From: Ignavibacteria bacterium
Lineage (GTDB): Bacteria > Bacteroidota > Ignavibacteria > Kapaibacteriales > UBA2268
Reading direction: 5' to 3'
Length of the DNA stretch: 64,000 bases
Assembly: GCA_037445895.1 (NCBI GenBank)
Contig: JBBIJO010000002.1
Location: forward strand, 44,967-108,966
Shown here piece by piece: positions 47,036 through 58,916 of this stretch. Numbering within the stretch: the first letter of the stretch is position 1; each line of letters begins with the position of its first letter. Below the pieces are notes generated by a model that saw only the letters and a list, made by a program, of their open reading frames with translations, was not told where the DNA came from and did not search any database. A program made the translations under genes and the position numbers.

Positions 47036-47704
47036 TCAATGAATCAGATAGAATAATGGGAACAGAAATATCCAGATTAAATCCACAAGGTGCCAATACA
47101 ACCCAGCATTTTCGAGCTTGATGTAATCATACTTTGTGATTTTGTTCCTTAAAAGAAAGACAAGCATAAACACAAGAATAATCGCTCCAACAATTACGTG
47201 AAGGGCATGCAAGCCTGTCATCGAAAAATACATTCCATAGAAAATAATTTCACCATTAGGTTTATTCATAAGTTCTTGTGCTCCGGGTGCAATCCCATGA
47301 TGAAATTTTGCGGTCCATTCGAAATATTTCACAACCATAAAGGCAAGTGCAAATCCAATTGTAGAAACTAAAAGCGTTATCGAAAGGACCTTCTTCCCGC
47401 GCTGAATTGCGGCAATCGACAAAGCCATAGTCAAACTACTCGTCAAAAGGAAAATTGTGTTTGTTGTTCCAAGCACAATATTTAAATCCTGTGCAGCAAT
47501 CACAAAATCTTGTGAATATTGTAGCCGATAAGCCATATAAAGCAGAAATAAGCCCCCGAAGAGGAGCAGTTCGGTAAAAAGGAAAAGCCACATACCCATT
47601 TTCGAAGCAATAGCATCCTTGTGCTGATGTGGTTCGGCAAGATGGGCTACTATTTCCGTATGTAGTTCCTTCTTCTCGATAATATTGTTTTCAATGTTTT
47701 CCAT
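47036..47704 (-). CDS. coxC: cytochrome c oxidase subunit III
   Basis: 222 aa, 5 TM, with conserved His/Glu pattern of heme-copper oxidase subunit III. Confidence 0.8.
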   Translation of the reverse strand: MENIENNIIEKKELHTEIVAHLAEPHQHKDAIASKMGMWLFLFTELLLFGGLFLLYMAYRLQYSQDFVIAAQDLNIVLGTTNTIFLLTSSLTMALSIAAIQRGKKVLSITLLVSTIGFALAFMVVKYFEWTAKFHHGIAPGAQELMNKPNGEIIFYGMYFSMTGLHALHVIVGAIILVFMLVFLLRNKITKYDYIKLENAGLYWHLVDLIWIFLFPLFYLIH

Positions 47705-49331
47705 CTTGTTCCCAATTTATATGTTCATAATCGTATGCTCCGTGTGTGATTGTCGGAATTTTTTCGAAGTTTTCGACAGGTGGAGGCGATGGAACCTGCC
47801 ACTCCAAAGTAATCCCACCCCATGGATTAGCAGTAGCCGGCTTCCCTTTAAACAAAGAATATATTAGATTGGCAAACATAATCATTAAGCCTAAAACCAA
47901 AATCCAAGAACCAACGGTAGAAATAATATGCAACGTTTGGTATTCAGGCAAATAACTCCAATAACGGCGCGGCATTCCTTTATAACCGAGGATAAACATC
48001 GTAAAATAAAGCATATTGAATCCAACAAAAATCAAAGGTGCAGCCCAAATTGCAACTTTCTCGCTATACATTTTTCCAAACATTTTAGGAAGCCAGTAGT
48101 GAAGGGCAGCAAAAAAAATGATAACTGTTCCTCCAAACATAACATAATGGAAGTGGGCAACAACGAAATAAGTATCGGTAACGTGAACATCGGTAGCAAG
48201 CGACCCAAGGACCAATCCCGTTAATCCACCTATTGAAAATAAGAAAATAAACATCATAACATAAAGTAGAGGCGCCCGTAATTCTATTGACCCTTTATAC
48301 AAAGTAGCAACCCAATTGAAGACTTTTACTCCACTGGGAACAGCCACAAGAAACGTCAGCAACGAAAATACCATCCGCGAAGTATCGCTAATTCCCGAGC
48401 TAAACATATGGTGGGCCCAAACAAAATATCCAATAAAAGCAATTGCAAGGCTCGAAAAGGCGATAGCTTTATAACCAAAAATTGTCCTACGCGCAAAAGT
48501 AGGAATGATTTCCGAAACAACACCCATTGCTGGTAAAATCATTATATACACCGCTGGATGGGAGTATATCCAAAATAGATGCTGGAAAAGCAAAGGGTCG
48601 CCTCCCATTGCAGGATCGAAAATACCAACATGGAAAACTCTTTCAACAATAACTAGAAGTATTGTAATTCCCACAACAGGCGTCGCTACAACTTGAATCC
48701 AGGCTGTTGCATACAAAGCCCAAACAAACAAAGGCATTCTAAAGAAAGTCATCCCGGGAGCTCGCAATCGATGAATGGTCGTTATAAAGTTCAATCCTGT
48801 AAGAATGGACGAAAATCCAAGGACGAAAGCACCAATCAATGGAAGAATCACGTTGGTAGTAGTTCTTATGCTATAAGGAACATAGAAAGTCCAACCAGTA
48901 TCTATCGGTCCGCCTTGTAAAAACAACGCAACAACGGCAAATATTCCACCAAACATATAAAGCCACCACGAGAATAAGTTCAAGCGCGGGAAGGCAACAT
49001 CGTAGGCACCAATCATTATTGGAAGGAAAAAATTACCAAAAACAGCTGGAATTCCTGGAATAATAAACAAGAAAATCATAATTACGCCGTGGAGGGTAAA
49101 GAAAGTGTTGTATGTTTGAGCATCGACTATCGTTTTCCCCGGAGTTAGCATCTCGAGCTTCATCAAAAAACCCAATGTAACCCCAACCCAAAAGAATACC
49201 GTCATTCCGACCAAATATAATAGCCCAATCCTTTTATGGTCGGTAGTAAATATCCAAGAAAACAGCTTGCTCTTGTTGGACTTATATTCAAGATAACTTT
49301 CTAATGTTTCTGCTAATGCTTCATTAGCCAT
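47691..49331 (-). CDS. coxA: cytochrome c oxidase subunit I
   Basis: 546 aa, 12 TM, with heme a/a3-CuB His ligands (…WAHHMF…, HFHYV…). Confidence 0.9.
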   Translation of the reverse strand: MANEALAETLESYLEYKSNKSKLFSWIFTTDHKRIGLLYLVGMTVFFWVGVTLGFLMKLEMLTPGKTIVDAQTYNTFFTLHGVIMIFLFIIPGIPAVFGNFFLPIMIGAYDVAFPRLNLFSWWLYMFGGIFAVVALFLQGGPIDTGWTFYVPYSIRTTTNVILPLIGAFVLGFSSILTGLNFITTIHRLRAPGMTFFRMPLFVWALYATAWIQVVATPVVGITILLVIVERVFHVGIFDPAMGGDPLLFQHLFWIYSHPAVYIMILPAMGVVSEIIPTFARRTIFGYKAIAFSSLAIAFIGYFVWAHHMFSSGISDTSRMVFSLLTFLVAVPSGVKVFNWVATLYKGSIELRAPLLYVMMFIFLFSIGGLTGLVLGSLATDVHVTDTYFVVAHFHYVMFGGTVIIFFAALHYWLPKMFGKMYSEKVAIWAAPLIFVGFNMLYFTMFILGYKGMPRRYWSYLPEYQTLHIISTVGSWILVLGLMIMFANLIYSLFKGKPATANPWGGITLEWQVPSPPPVENFEKIPTITHGAYDYEHINWEQDGKH

Positions 49332-50100
49332 CGTTATTCTCCTTTTTGTTCTTTTTCTTGATAGTTAAAACAACAAAAAAAATCGCAAGCGAAAAAAGCA
49401 TTATTGCTCCAATCACTCGAGTAAAATTGAGCGTATAAGTTTTCCCCTGTGGGTCGTAGGAGTAGCAAAACTTCAATAAGCGATTTACGGTTGGCAAACT
49501 CAACCCTCTTTCAGCCTCGTAAACAGCCATTTTAAAATCGAAAGGTCGAAATTCAGTCCCAAATAGGTAGCGCGAAATTGTCCCATCGGTCGTAATTGCA
49601 TACAACGAAGCAGCGTGAATGAAATCACCTTTCCCATCTGGCTTGAAATAGAAACCAACTGCATCGGTCAATCTTCGTATGCTAACGCTGTCCCCAACTA
49701 AAAATTCCCAAGCATTAGCTTCAATATGGCGGCTCAAAGCTTTTAAATGGTTCTCTTTCCATTTCTTTGCTTTTTCGGATGTTTCAGTGTAATCGAAACT
49801 AATCGTCAACAATTGATAATCTTTACCCGGAACAATATCGGATTTGTCCACAACTTCACTAACACCTGTTAACAAGGGACTGCAAATACCAGGGCAATGA
49901 TAATAAACAAACATCATTATAGTAGGTTTCTTAATAATAGCCCCAAGACTTACTTTTTGTCCTTCGGAATTAGTGAACACTAAGTCCAATGGTATTTTAT
50001 TGCCGAGCTTCTCAACTATTCCTACCTCAGGTGGTTTATTATTTGCACAGATAGTAAAACCTGTAAATATTAGCAAAAAGGAAACAAATGCTTTTTTCAT
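49324..50100 (-). CDS. SCO1/SenC-family copper chaperone
   Basis: Thioredoxin-like fold with CPGIC (CxxxC) and downstream His. N-terminal membrane anchor. Confidence 0.65.
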   Translation of the reverse strand: MKKAFVSFLLIFTGFTICANNKPPEVGIVEKLGNKIPLDLVFTNSEGQKVSLGAIIKKPTIMMFVYYHCPGICSPLLTGVSEVVDKSDIVPGKDYQLLTISFDYTETSEKAKKWKENHLKALSRHIEANAWEFLVGDSVSIRRLTDAVGFYFKPDGKGDFIHAASLYAITTDGTISRYLFGTEFRPFDFKMAVYEAERGLSLPTVNRLLKFCYSYDPQGKTYTLNFTRVIGAIMLFSLAIFFVVLTIKKKNKKENNDG

Positions 50101-50102
50101 TT

Positions 50103-51044
50103 TTATTGATTCAAATAAAACAACAACTCATTAATAAATTTTCGTTTCATTTCCGCGTTTGCCGAAATAAAAGTTGGGGATACTCCATTATTGGGTATAT
50201 TTGTAACTATAAAATCATTCAAGGTATTAGGGTCGGTAACCTTTGGCTTAACTTTCTCTACAAAGACAGCAAGTCGCTTATAATTACTTACCATTCTCGA
50301 AAAATCGGACGCAACGAACTTTTGCGAAAAAACTTTCGATAACGAATCGGTTTGGCTATTTAAAGCCTGATTTTCTGACTCGATTTTCATCATAGACAAT
50401 GGAATCGGTATCCGAGGAGGTGTTTCTCTCCTTTGTGTAATCTTGTATAAAGCATCGAGTTCTGCAAAATCTTTGTCGGTTGGCGAAGGGAAATCCTTGC
50501 CAAATTTCATAATGAAGTAAATCAATGCAATCTTGTCTTTCGGAGGAATATAGTCGTATGCCACCATTGCACTACCCGATATGCCCTCCTGTATTGTTTT
50601 ATACATTTGGACAATTGTTCTACCATTTTTCCAGCCATCGGGAGAGGTGAAATCGCGTGGAGCAGGATTCAACCCCGCCGAAGCGACACCATTCCCTTTC
50701 CCTGCCTCGCCGTGGCACGAAACACAAGTTGGCTTATAGAGTTCTTCTCCTTTTTTAAGAAGCTCTTCGGTTGGTGTCTGAATTTCTGCAATATCAACTC
50801 CTTCGACTACTTTCCCCTCTTGAAACTCAATATCTTTAAATACTTTTGTTGGATCGGGTTCATCGAATGGCACTATATTGCGTTGAATTGAATCAACTTG
50901 TTTTAGAAAAACCAAACTAATGGCAAAAATAACTACTAAAAAATAAATGAAAGTATAGCCAAACCACCGCGATGGATGCTTAAAAACCTCTTTAAACTTA
51001 ATTTCATCCTCAAAATCGAATTTAGAATGTTCCATATTTATCAA
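50103..51044 (-). CDS. membrane-anchored monoheme c-type cytochrome with extra C-terminal domain
   Basis: TM helix, CVSCHG heme site, ~150-aa C-terminal extension. Sits between actF and SCO1. Confidence 0.55.
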   Translation of the reverse strand: MINMEHSKFDFEDEIKFKEVFKHPSRWFGYTFIYFLVVIFAISLVFLKQVDSIQRNIVPFDEPDPTKVFKDIEFQEGKVVEGVDIAEIQTPTEELLKKGEELYKPTCVSCHGEAGKGNGVASAGLNPAPRDFTSPDGWKNGRTIVQMYKTIQEGISGSAMVAYDYIPPKDKIALIYFIMKFGKDFPSPTDKDFAELDALYKITQRRETPPRIPIPLSMMKIESENQALNSQTDSLSKVFSQKFVASDFSRMVSNYKRLAVFVEKVKPKVTDPNTLNDFIVTNIPNNGVSPTFISANAEMKRKFINELLFYLNQ

Positions 51045-51135
51045 TTAAATTAATATTTTTCTTTGTATTAACTAAACTTAATTTTTCCTAACGAGAAAAA
51101 TATCATAATATTTTAATAAATCATATATTCCATAT

Positions 51136-52332
51136 TTATAGGTGGAATTCAATTCCACGCTTGAGTTTAGGATCCCCGATGGGAACTAAATTCCTTCCTT
51201 TCGAGAAAAAGTAGGAACAAACAACAAGTAATCCAATCGAAAATACGATAGCAGATAGTTCAATCCAGCTAAAAACGACACCAGTCTTGCTATAGGTTGG
51301 CATAACAATCCAATACAAATCGTAATAATGAGCAAAAAGAATCCACAGCGATGCAAACTTCAATCGTTTAGGATCCATTTTGGCTGGTTGTGGAAGCAAG
51401 AAAATATAAGGGACAATAAACTTTACAAAAATTATCCCAATCGACCAATACAACCAACTTCCAACGCCGCGATTAATAAACCAGAAAGTTTCTTCGGGCA
51501 AATTAGCATACCAAATTAACATAAACTGGCTAAAAGCGATATATGCCCAAAAATTTGTAAAAGCAAAAAGCAACGCGCCCATACTATAATAATGCTCTCG
51601 ATTTAATCCTTCTACTAAAAAGCCGGATTCGTTAAGTGCTATCGAAATAAAAGTAAAAAGCGCAATAGAAGCAAGGATGGTTCCCGAAAAGTAATAAACG
51701 CCGAAAATAGTGGAATACCAGTGCGGTTCTAAACTCATTAACCAATCTATCGAAAAGAGAGTCAAAGTTACAGCAAAAATTGGCATAAATATCGCGGAAA
51801 TTATCGTGTTACGCCTTGTCGACCGTTGGTCTTTCGAAGTGTCTTGTTTCGAAGAGTTTCGAATAATCAGAAAATAGAAGAGGAACCAAAGCAAAAACGT
51901 TACGATGAAACGGATAACAAAGAAAGTTTGATTTAAATACGCAGACTTATTTTTTAAAATCTCGTCGTGAATTAAGGCTTCAGGATGCGACCAATGATAA
52001 ATAGAATGAATATTAAAGATTACTGGTATTGCAATAATGGGTGCAACCAAAACAAAAGCCGAATTAATTTCGGCAATTCGGCGAAAAGGAACGCTCCAAA
52101 CAGCACCTGTAAGATATTCAATACCGATAAAAAATATCGAGCCAATCCCGATACTCGTCAACCAAGTAAAAACTATAATCAAATTGAACGAGGTGCGCTC
52201 GGGTTCTAATGCATATCCCAACACAATACCAATTAACCCAACCAGTGTAAACAATAACCCGAAATTAAAGTTTTTCTTTGGGAGTTCCCTATAAGAATAA
52301 GATACGAAATTGTCAGCTGATAGACCTGTCAT
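51136..52332 (-). CDS. actF: alternative complex III subunit ActF (NrfD-like membrane subunit 2)
   Basis: 398 aa, ~10 TM. Position after ActD/E and similarity in TM organisation to ActC. Confidence 0.6.
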   Translation of the reverse strand: MTGLSADNFVSYSYRELPKKNFNFGLLFTLVGLIGIVLGYALEPERTSFNLIIVFTWLTSIGIGSIFFIGIEYLTGAVWSVPFRRIAEINSAFVLVAPIIAIPVIFNIHSIYHWSHPEALIHDEILKNKSAYLNQTFFVIRFIVTFLLWFLFYFLIIRNSSKQDTSKDQRSTRRNTIISAIFMPIFAVTLTLFSIDWLMSLEPHWYSTIFGVYYFSGTILASIALFTFISIALNESGFLVEGLNREHYYSMGALLFAFTNFWAYIAFSQFMLIWYANLPEETFWFINRGVGSWLYWSIGIIFVKFIVPYIFLLPQPAKMDPKRLKFASLWILFAHYYDLYWIVMPTYSKTGVVFSWIELSAIVFSIGLLVVCSYFFSKGRNLVPIGDPKLKRGIEFHL

Positions 52333-53477
52333 TTAACATCCTCCTGTTTAGCATTTAATGAACGTTGAAGTGCACGAATGTATAAAATGATTGCCCAGCG
52401 TTCTTTCTCGGTTAGTTGCGAGGCATACGAAGGCATAATGTTTTGCCCTTCCATAATTACGTGGTAAATCCTTCCATCGCTCCAATTCCGAACTTTTTCG
52501 GAATGCAGACTTGGGGGATTTGGGAATTGTCCGTTCAATCTACTATCTCCTTCACCTCGCCAACCATGACAAGGACTACAAAATGTGTTATATTTTCTTT
52601 TCCCTAATTCAAGCACATCATTTGTCGAAAGTAGTGGATTTACAAGTTTTTCGCCTGCTTCATCCGGCTTTCCTTTAAATGGGTAATCACGTTGGCCACG
52701 AGCAACTGTGCCAGCAACGGGTGTTCGCATTCCAAAGCCATCGGCAAAGAACATCGATTCGCTTTGCGGGTTCACTTTGAATTGCTTAAGCATAAAATCG
52801 AAAGGCGGCAAATACAAAACCTTATTATTAAATAAATAGCCAAAAGCCGATGTCAAAATTGCAATAACAACTAAAAAAACTATAAATTTAGGCTCGAATA
52901 CACGGGGCTTATAAGCTATCTCTTCCTCGTTATAATAAATATCTACAACTTCGCTTGCACCATATTCTCCGAAAAGACTTCTGATGGTTTGATAATCGAA
53001 TTTTGCGTCGTGCGACTCAACAATTATACCACACTTATCAACGGATACTTTTTTCAAATACTCGGAATCGTGCAATGGATGGCGGTTATTAGGTAGTTTA
53101 AAAATAATAAATAGCATCACAATAGCTGTTCCAACCGATGCAAGCAAAACTGTTAGTTCAAAAAGAACGGGAACAAAGGCAGGAAAGGAAAACCAAGGTT
53201 TCCCTCCTATTGTTAAACGATAATCCACCGACATCGTCCAATATGTTAAAAACAAGCCAGTTAATGTTCCAGTCAATCCAAGAACAAGCGCTACATATCC
53301 CAAAGGGGACCATTTCAGGCGCATTATTTTTGGTAAGCCGTGCAACGGATAAGAAGAATGGACATCCCAAAACCGATAGCCTTCGTTCACTAATTTTTTA
53401 GCAAAAGCAACAAGTTTATTTGGTGAATCGAATAAAGCACCAACAGCATATAAATTTCTATTTTCCTTGTTTTCCAT
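52329..53477 (-). CDS. actDE: alternative complex III ActD (DUF3341) fused to ActE monoheme cytochrome c
   Basis: N-terminal ...LYAVGALFDSPNKLVAFAKKL...GYRFWDVHSSYP (ActD/DUF3341), two TM, C-terminal CSPCHG cytochrome c domain. Confidence 0.65.
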   Translation of the reverse strand: MENKENRNLYAVGALFDSPNKLVAFAKKLVNEGYRFWDVHSSYPLHGLPKIMRLKWSPLGYVALVLGLTGTLTGLFLTYWTMSVDYRLTIGGKPWFSFPAFVPVLFELTVLLASVGTAIVMLFIIFKLPNNRHPLHDSEYLKKVSVDKCGIIVESHDAKFDYQTIRSLFGEYGASEVVDIYYNEEEIAYKPRVFEPKFIVFLVVIAILTSAFGYLFNNKVLYLPPFDFMLKQFKVNPQSESMFFADGFGMRTPVAGTVARGQRDYPFKGKPDEAGEKLVNPLLSTNDVLELGKRKYNTFCSPCHGWRGEGDSRLNGQFPNPPSLHSEKVRNWSDGRIYHVIMEGQNIMPSYASQLTEKERWAIILYIRALQRSLNAKQEDVK

Positions 53478-53486
53478 TTAAACTCC

Positions 53487-54851
53487 TTAATGGTGTTGTG
53501 GTTGTGAACCTTTAATTACAGCCTTAACCTCGGAAATTGAAACAACAGGAAGGGCTCTGATGAACAAAATTACCAAAGTAAAAAATAAGCCAAAACTTCC
53601 TAAAAGTATTCCGATATCGACAAGTGTAGGTTTATAGTAGCCCCAACTGGACGGTAAAAAATCCTTCGAAAGGGTAGAAATAACAATAACGAAACGTTCG
53701 AACCACATTCCAACATTAACTAGGACACCAATAACAAACATTATTGGAATGTTCCTTCGTATTTTCTTAAACCAAAATAACTGAGTAAAAATGACATTGC
53801 AAGAAACCATAATCCAATATGCCCAGGCATAATTCCCGAAAACACGGTTAAAGAAAACGAACGATTCCAAAGGATTCCCGCTATACCAGGCGATAAAGAA
53901 TTCTACACCATAAGCATATCCAACCATCATTCCAGTAGCAAGCATAACTTTGTTCATTTTTTCCAGTGTGTCCAAGGAAATAATATGTTCAATATGGAAT
54001 ATTTTTCTTACAACTATTAAAACATTTTGAACCATTGCAAAGCCCGAAAAAATAGCCCCTGCAACAAAATACGGCGGAAAGATAGTTGTGTGCCAACCGG
54101 GCACTATCGAAACAGCAAAATCGAAACTAACAATTGTGTGGACAGAAAGAACCAATGGAGTTGCAAAACCAGCTAAAATCAAATAAAGCATTTCGTAGTG
54201 ATGCCAATGGCGATTCGAATGCCGCCAACCAAGACTAAATATCGAATATATTATCTTTTTAACCTTACTTTGTGTCCTGTCGCGGAGTATTGCTAAATCA
54301 GGGATTAAACCCACATACCAAAAAACAAATGAAACGGTCAAATATGTCGAAACGGCAAAAACATCCCAAATCAAAGGGGAAGTAAAATTAACCCAAAGAT
54401 GATGCTGATTAGGAAGCGGGAAAAGGTATCCAGCTAACCAAGGACGACCTGTATGAATTAACGGAAAAAGACCTGCGGTAATAACAGCAAAAATCGTCAT
54501 TGCTTCGGCAAATCTTGCTATTCCTGTTCTCCAACGTTGGCGAAAAAGGAATAAAATAGCCGAAATCAAGGTTCCTGCGTGTCCAATTCCAACCCAAAAC
54601 ACAAAATTAACAATTGGAATTGCCCATCCAACCGGTTGATTATTTCCCCAAAGCCCGACACCATAGTAAAATGAAAAACCAAGACAAATCGCTCCAGTTA
54701 GCAAAAGAGAACCGCTTATTCCAAGAGCAATATAATATTTAATGCTTGGTTTTGTCTCTAAAGGTGCAGCTATTGCATCATTTACTGACGAATGCGATGG
54801 TTGGTTTTTAACTACCTCCGGTTCAACTGTATAGTCAATTTCAATATTCAC
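53487..54851 (-). CDS. actC: alternative complex III subunit ActC (NrfD/PsrC-like quinol-binding membrane subunit)
   Basis: 454 aa, 10 TM, NrfD-family organisation directly downstream of ActB. Confidence 0.8.
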   Translation of the reverse strand: MNIEIDYTVEPEVVKNQPSHSSVNDAIAAPLETKPSIKYYIALGISGSLLLTGAICLGFSFYYGVGLWGNNQPVGWAIPIVNFVFWVGIGHAGTLISAILFLFRQRWRTGIARFAEAMTIFAVITAGLFPLIHTGRPWLAGYLFPLPNQHHLWVNFTSPLIWDVFAVSTYLTVSFVFWYVGLIPDLAILRDRTQSKVKKIIYSIFSLGWRHSNRHWHHYEMLYLILAGFATPLVLSVHTIVSFDFAVSIVPGWHTTIFPPYFVAGAIFSGFAMVQNVLIVVRKIFHIEHIISLDTLEKMNKVMLATGMMVGYAYGVEFFIAWYSGNPLESFVFFNRVFGNYAWAYWIMVSCNVIFTQLFWFKKIRRNIPIMFVIGVLVNVGMWFERFVIVISTLSKDFLPSSWGYYKPTLVDIGILLGSFGLFFTLVILFIRALPVVSISEVKAVIKGSQPQHH

Positions 54852-57800
54852 GAAATATCCTCCGAGTTTTTATTCCTTAATCTTGAAATATATGTAACAT
54901 TAGGTTTAACATTGAGTTCTTCGAGCACATAATAACCAAGTTTATGGTTTCTCCAATAGTATAATTCAGAATCTTTGTCGTGCATATCCCCAAAGACTAT
55001 TGCCTCGGTTGGGCAAGCTTCTTGGCAAGCGGTTTTAACATCTGTTCCTTTTAAAGGACGTCCATCTTCGGTAGCTTTTTGTCGTGCCTCCGAAATTCTT
55101 TGAACACAAAATGTACACTTTTCCATTACACCGCGAGAGCGAACAGTAACCTCGGGGTTTTGCATTAATTTCAAGGAGTCTTGGTAGAAAAAGCCGTTAG
55201 CAAAATGGTCCCGATAGTCGTAGAAATTGAATCGCCGAACTTTGAATGGACAGTTGTTCGAACAATACCTTGTTCCAACACAGCGATTGTAAACCATCTG
55301 GTTTAAGCCATCGGGACTATGATTTGTAGCAACAACCGGGCAAACGTTTTCGCAAGGAGCATCATCACAATGCTGGCACAACATAGTTTGAAAACTAATA
55401 CTTGGATTATTCTGACTACCACTGAAGTATGTATCTATTCGTATCCATTGCATTTCGCGACCGCGAAGAACTTGCTCCTTTCCAACTACTGGAACATTAT
55501 TTTCTACATTACAAGCAGTAACGCAATCACCACAACCGATGCATTTATTCATATCAATTACCATAGCCCATTTCACCCCCGAATATTTAATTTCTGGAAT
55601 TATAGAACGCAGGTCTTCGGCACGATGAATTTTAAATTTACCATCCAAAAACTCTTCCACTGTCCCTTCTTGGACTATACGTCTTGTCTTCGATAAATCT
55701 TTTACGAAAGTATCGTTCAAAGAGTGATGCTCAACAGTCGAAGCAAGCTCATAATGCTTTCCGGTTTGCCTCGCTTTAACATCACTAAAAACATAGCCAT
55801 TCGATACAGTTGCAAAATCTGCAAGAACCATTGGGTCGAATCCAACACCATTTCCAATAACTCCAGCATTCTTTCTTCCAAAACCTGTTTCGATTACCAA
55901 ACAATTATTGGGGATACCAGGCACTATAAACACAGGTATTTCAAGTTTTTTCCCATTCCTTGTAATTTCTAATATATCTCCATTGTTTACTTCAAGTGCT
56001 TTTGCCGAAGGTTCGGAAATAGCCACATAATTATCCCAAGTCACTTTCGTAATTGGGTGAGGAAGTTCATTCAACCAACCATTATTTAAATATTTCCCAT
56101 CACCATTATTGTATGATTTTTTCAATAATAACAACCAACCCCCACTACTTATAGAAGGAGTTAATTCCTTAACAACATCGTAATTCAATTTCGACAAGGA
56201 TGAAAGTGCGGCTGGGGAATTTACTACTCCATCGTGAAGAACGGAATGCCAAAATACTTCGAAATCGACGCCGGGATTTACATTAGGATAAATTTCACTT
56301 CGCCAATAAGACATAATAAATTTATGATACTCATCTCGTATTAATTGGCCTTCGATGATTCCCAAAATAAAATCTTCCTTTTGATAAGTTCCAAAAAGCG
56401 GTTCAATAACAGGTTGCTGGGTAGAATAATCCCCGTCGGAAGTTATCCAATCGCCCCAAGATTCGAAATTGTGGCTAATTGGTATGACAAAGTTCGACAA
56501 CATTGCTGTCTCGGTTTCCGATTCGGTAAAAGTAACGACTGGCACTTTAGCAAAAACCATTTCAAAACCTAAGTCCTTCGGAAAATGGAAAACTGGATTT
56601 ACATCAAAATTTACAAGTAAACCAATTTTATCATCGTTAACTTTTCGAACCAGTTCGCCAAAATCTTCGAGTTTATTTAATCCAATCAAAGGTTGCGCCT
56701 TTGAACGAAGCAAAACATTATTACCCAAAATTTCATTCAACAGATTAGTAAGTATATGAATTTCGACCGGTAAAGTCGCTCCAGATATAATCACTGATTT
56801 ACCTTGATTAGCAACAAGTTCTTGAATCATTTGAGTAAGTAGGCTTGGGTTAATCCCATTCTCTTTCGCAAACTGGTGCAAATTGAAGTTGCGCGAAAAC
56901 TGCAATAGTTGTTCTTTTGGAAAATTCGAAGTTAGCTTATGTGAATGATTTGTAACAATTTCATTAAGAACAGAGGCGAGTAAACCGAAATGTTTCGAAG
57001 CAGGCAAAGGAATTCGATAATCTGCATTTGCTCCGGTCAATGTTAAATCCGTTTCGAAAGAGTAGAATCGGCTAAAGTGTTGTGGATTATCAACATTGCG
57101 ATTTTGAGCAAACTCGCGAACATTCCTAACAAAATTTCCTTCGTTGCCGAGGAAGTTACTTTCGATTGCAACAATAACTTTTGCTTTCGAGAAATCATAA
57201 TCAGCAAAATTCGGGGTTCCATAGCATTTTTCCCACGCAATAGCTTTTGCATATTCACCAAAATACTCATAAACATATATTTTCGTTGTCGGATAATTTT
57301 GTTGCAATCTATTTAATACCGCAAAAAAGGAAGGAGAATAAATTGGATTGGTAATTAATGCAATTTCTTTGCCCGAAGCATTTGCCCGTTTAAATATCTG
57401 CAAAATTTCGTTGAAAGCAGATTGCCACTCAATTTCAGAAAATTTTCCTCCACTCTTTTTCAAAGGCTTCTTGTATCTTTCGGGACTATACAGGTTTAAA
57501 ATATTTGCCTGACCAACGGAACATATCTTGCCTTTGCTTACTGGATGGTCTGGGTTACCATCTACCTTAATTGGCCGCCCCTCGCGAGTTTTAATAAGGA
57601 TACCGCAACGGTGAGAACAGGCAGTGCAAGTCGAAGCATAATAGTTGGCAATCCCAGGAAGCACATTTTCAGGTTTTTTGTTGTAAGGAACAATTGCACC
57701 TTTATCACGATAATCATTGCAAGCGGTGGTAGTTATTGCAAGAGTTGCGGTAGAAAGAGCAAGAAACTTACGACGGGACAATGTGTTAAGATTCTCAATT

Positions 57801-57907
57801 CGGAATTCTTCGGTAACTTTTTCCGAAAATTCCTGCTGTTTGAGTTCTAGATTCCTATCTTCGGAATTGAAATTTTCGAAATATTTCCAATACTTTTTAT
57901 CGTTCAT
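54848..57907 (-). CDS. actB: alternative complex III subunit ActB (fused B1 molybdopterin-like and B2 4Fe-4S domains)
   Basis: Tat motif [12 protein letters not shown]-terminal Cys cluster CTACSHRCG. Large MopB-like domain. C-terminal [11 protein letters not shown]..., [14 protein letters not shown] and CTFC... ferredoxin motifs. 1019 aa. Confidence 0.85.
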   Translation of the reverse strand: MNDKKYWKYFENFNSEDRNLELKQQEFSEKVTEEFRIENLNTLSRRKFLALSTATLAITTTACNDYRDKGAIVPYNKKPENVLPGIANYYASTCTACSHRCGILIKTREGRPIKVDGNPDHPVSKGKICSVGQANILNLYSPERYKKPLKKSGGKFSEIEWQSAFNEILQIFKRANASGKEIALITNPIYSPSFFAVLNRLQQNYPTTKIYVYEYFGEYAKAIAWEKCYGTPNFADYDFSKAKVIVAIESNFLGNEGNFVRNVREFAQNRNVDNPQHFSRFYSFETDLTLTGANADYRIPLPASKHFGLLASVLNEIVTNHSHKLTSNFPKEQLLQFSRNFNLHQFAKENGINPSLLTQMIQELVANQGKSVIISGATLPVEIHILTNLLNEILGNNVLLRSKAQPLIGLNKLEDFGELVRKVNDDKIGLLVNFDVNPVFHFPKDLGFEMVFAKVPVVTFTESETETAMLSNFVIPISHNFESWGDWITSDGDYSTQQPVIEPLFGTYQKEDFILGIIEGQLIRDEYHKFIMSYWRSEIYPNVNPGVDFEVFWHSVLHDGVVNSPAALSSLSKLNYDVVKELTPSISSGGWLLLLKKSYNNGDGKYLNNGWLNELPHPITKVTWDNYVAISEPSAKALEVNNGDILEITRNGKKLEIPVFIVPGIPNNCLVIETGFGRKNAGVIGNGVGFDPMVLADFATVSNGYVFSDVKARQTGKHYELASTVEHHSLNDTFVKDLSKTRRIVQEGTVEEFLDGKFKIHRAEDLRSIIPEIKYSGVKWAMVIDMNKCIGCGDCVTACNVENNVPVVGKEQVLRGREMQWIRIDTYFSGSQNNPSISFQTMLCQHCDDAPCENVCPVVATNHSPDGLNQMVYNRCVGTRYCSNNCPFKVRRFNFYDYRDHFANGFFYQDSLKLMQNPEVTVRSRGVMEKCTFCVQRISEARQKATEDGRPLKGTDVKTACQEACPTEAIVFGDMHDKDSELYYWRNHKLGYYVLEELNVKPNVTYISRLRNKNSEDIS

Positions 57908-58126
57908 TATTATCCTTTCGAATTTCGAGAAACTGCATTTGGATGGATACGAACAGTAGGAAAGCTGCCCTTGTCCCTACTATGCGATAATGTCGAAAAA
58001 CCATTGGCAATAGTTTTCCCGGCAAACAAACCAATACCAATGGCTAACAAGTTTAATATAGTTCTTCTGCTTTTTTTTGTTTCCATAATTATTATATCCA
58101 TATCAATAATAGAATTAAACATAATA

Positions 58127-58699
58127 TTAGCGATGACAAGCACTACAATAATCAGGTCCTTTGCTGACCATAGATTTAATTTCTGGCATTTTAGAATGTG
58201 CATTGCGGTGGCATTCCAAACAAGCCCCCATCGTAAAACGTTGAACTTGTTTAACTACCTCCATTTTTTCGACTTCACCGTGGCAATATTTGCAATCGAT
58301 GCCCTTGTTGACGTGGACACTGTGGTTGAAATAAGCATAGTCGGGAACTGTATGGACTCGTTTCCAAGTCAAAGGTTTATTCTCCAAAAAGAATTGGGTT
58401 AGACGAATAATATCTGGTTTATCCTTCCGGGCAACAGTATGGCAATTCATACAAACATTCGTGGAAGGTATAGTTGCAAAACGGCTTTTATCCACCCCGA
58501 CGTGGCAATACTTACAATCAATTTGCATATTGCCAGCATGAAGTTTGTGCGAAAAATTAATTGGTTGCCGAGGCGAATAACCAACCCCATCGCGTTCGGG
58601 TTTCGAGATGAAAAAAGTAACAAAATAAGCAACAACAACAACAAAGACAGTAACCGGAATTCTTACTTTTAAAATATAATCGAGATGTGATTTAAGCAC
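58127..58699 (-). CDS. actA: alternative complex III subunit ActA (pentaheme cytochrome c)
   Basis: N-terminal TM anchor and five CxxCH motifs (CKYCH, CMNCH, CKYCH, CLECH, CSACH) in 190 aa. Confidence 0.8.
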   Translation of the reverse strand: MLKSHLDYILKVRIPVTVFVVVVAYFVTFFISKPERDGVGYSPRQPINFSHKLHAGNMQIDCKYCHVGVDKSRFATIPSTNVCMNCHTVARKDKPDIIRLTQFFLENKPLTWKRVHTVPDYAYFNHSVHVNKGIDCKYCHGEVEKMEVVKQVQRFTMGACLECHRNAHSKMPEIKSMVSKGPDYCSACHR

Positions 58700-58916
58700 T
58701 TAAAAACCTTTTTTTGTTATCAAACGGAAAAAATAAATTGCGAAAATAAAAAATTTGTCTCATATAAAAAACAAAAAATATAAATTTCAGATAATATTTT
58801 CTGTATATTATTGTTGCTAAAAGATTTGCAAAGGCTGTAAGTTTAACAATAATTGCGAATTAGTAGCTTGTCGCTTTCGATGAAAAAATTTTCTAAAAAT
58901 AAAATAATCGGAAAGG

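Noticed and set aside
57910-58203. 97-aa ORF spanning the actA-actB intergenic region, with internal METKKSRRTILNLLAIGIGLFAG (Tat-like) segment
   Set aside because: Overlaps the 3' end of actA in another frame. The RR motif sits in a short hydrophobic peptide only ~58 aa long from the internal Met. No homologue recognised. More likely chance ORF in the 219-bp spacer, though a tiny Tat-leader-containing peptide cannot be fully excluded.
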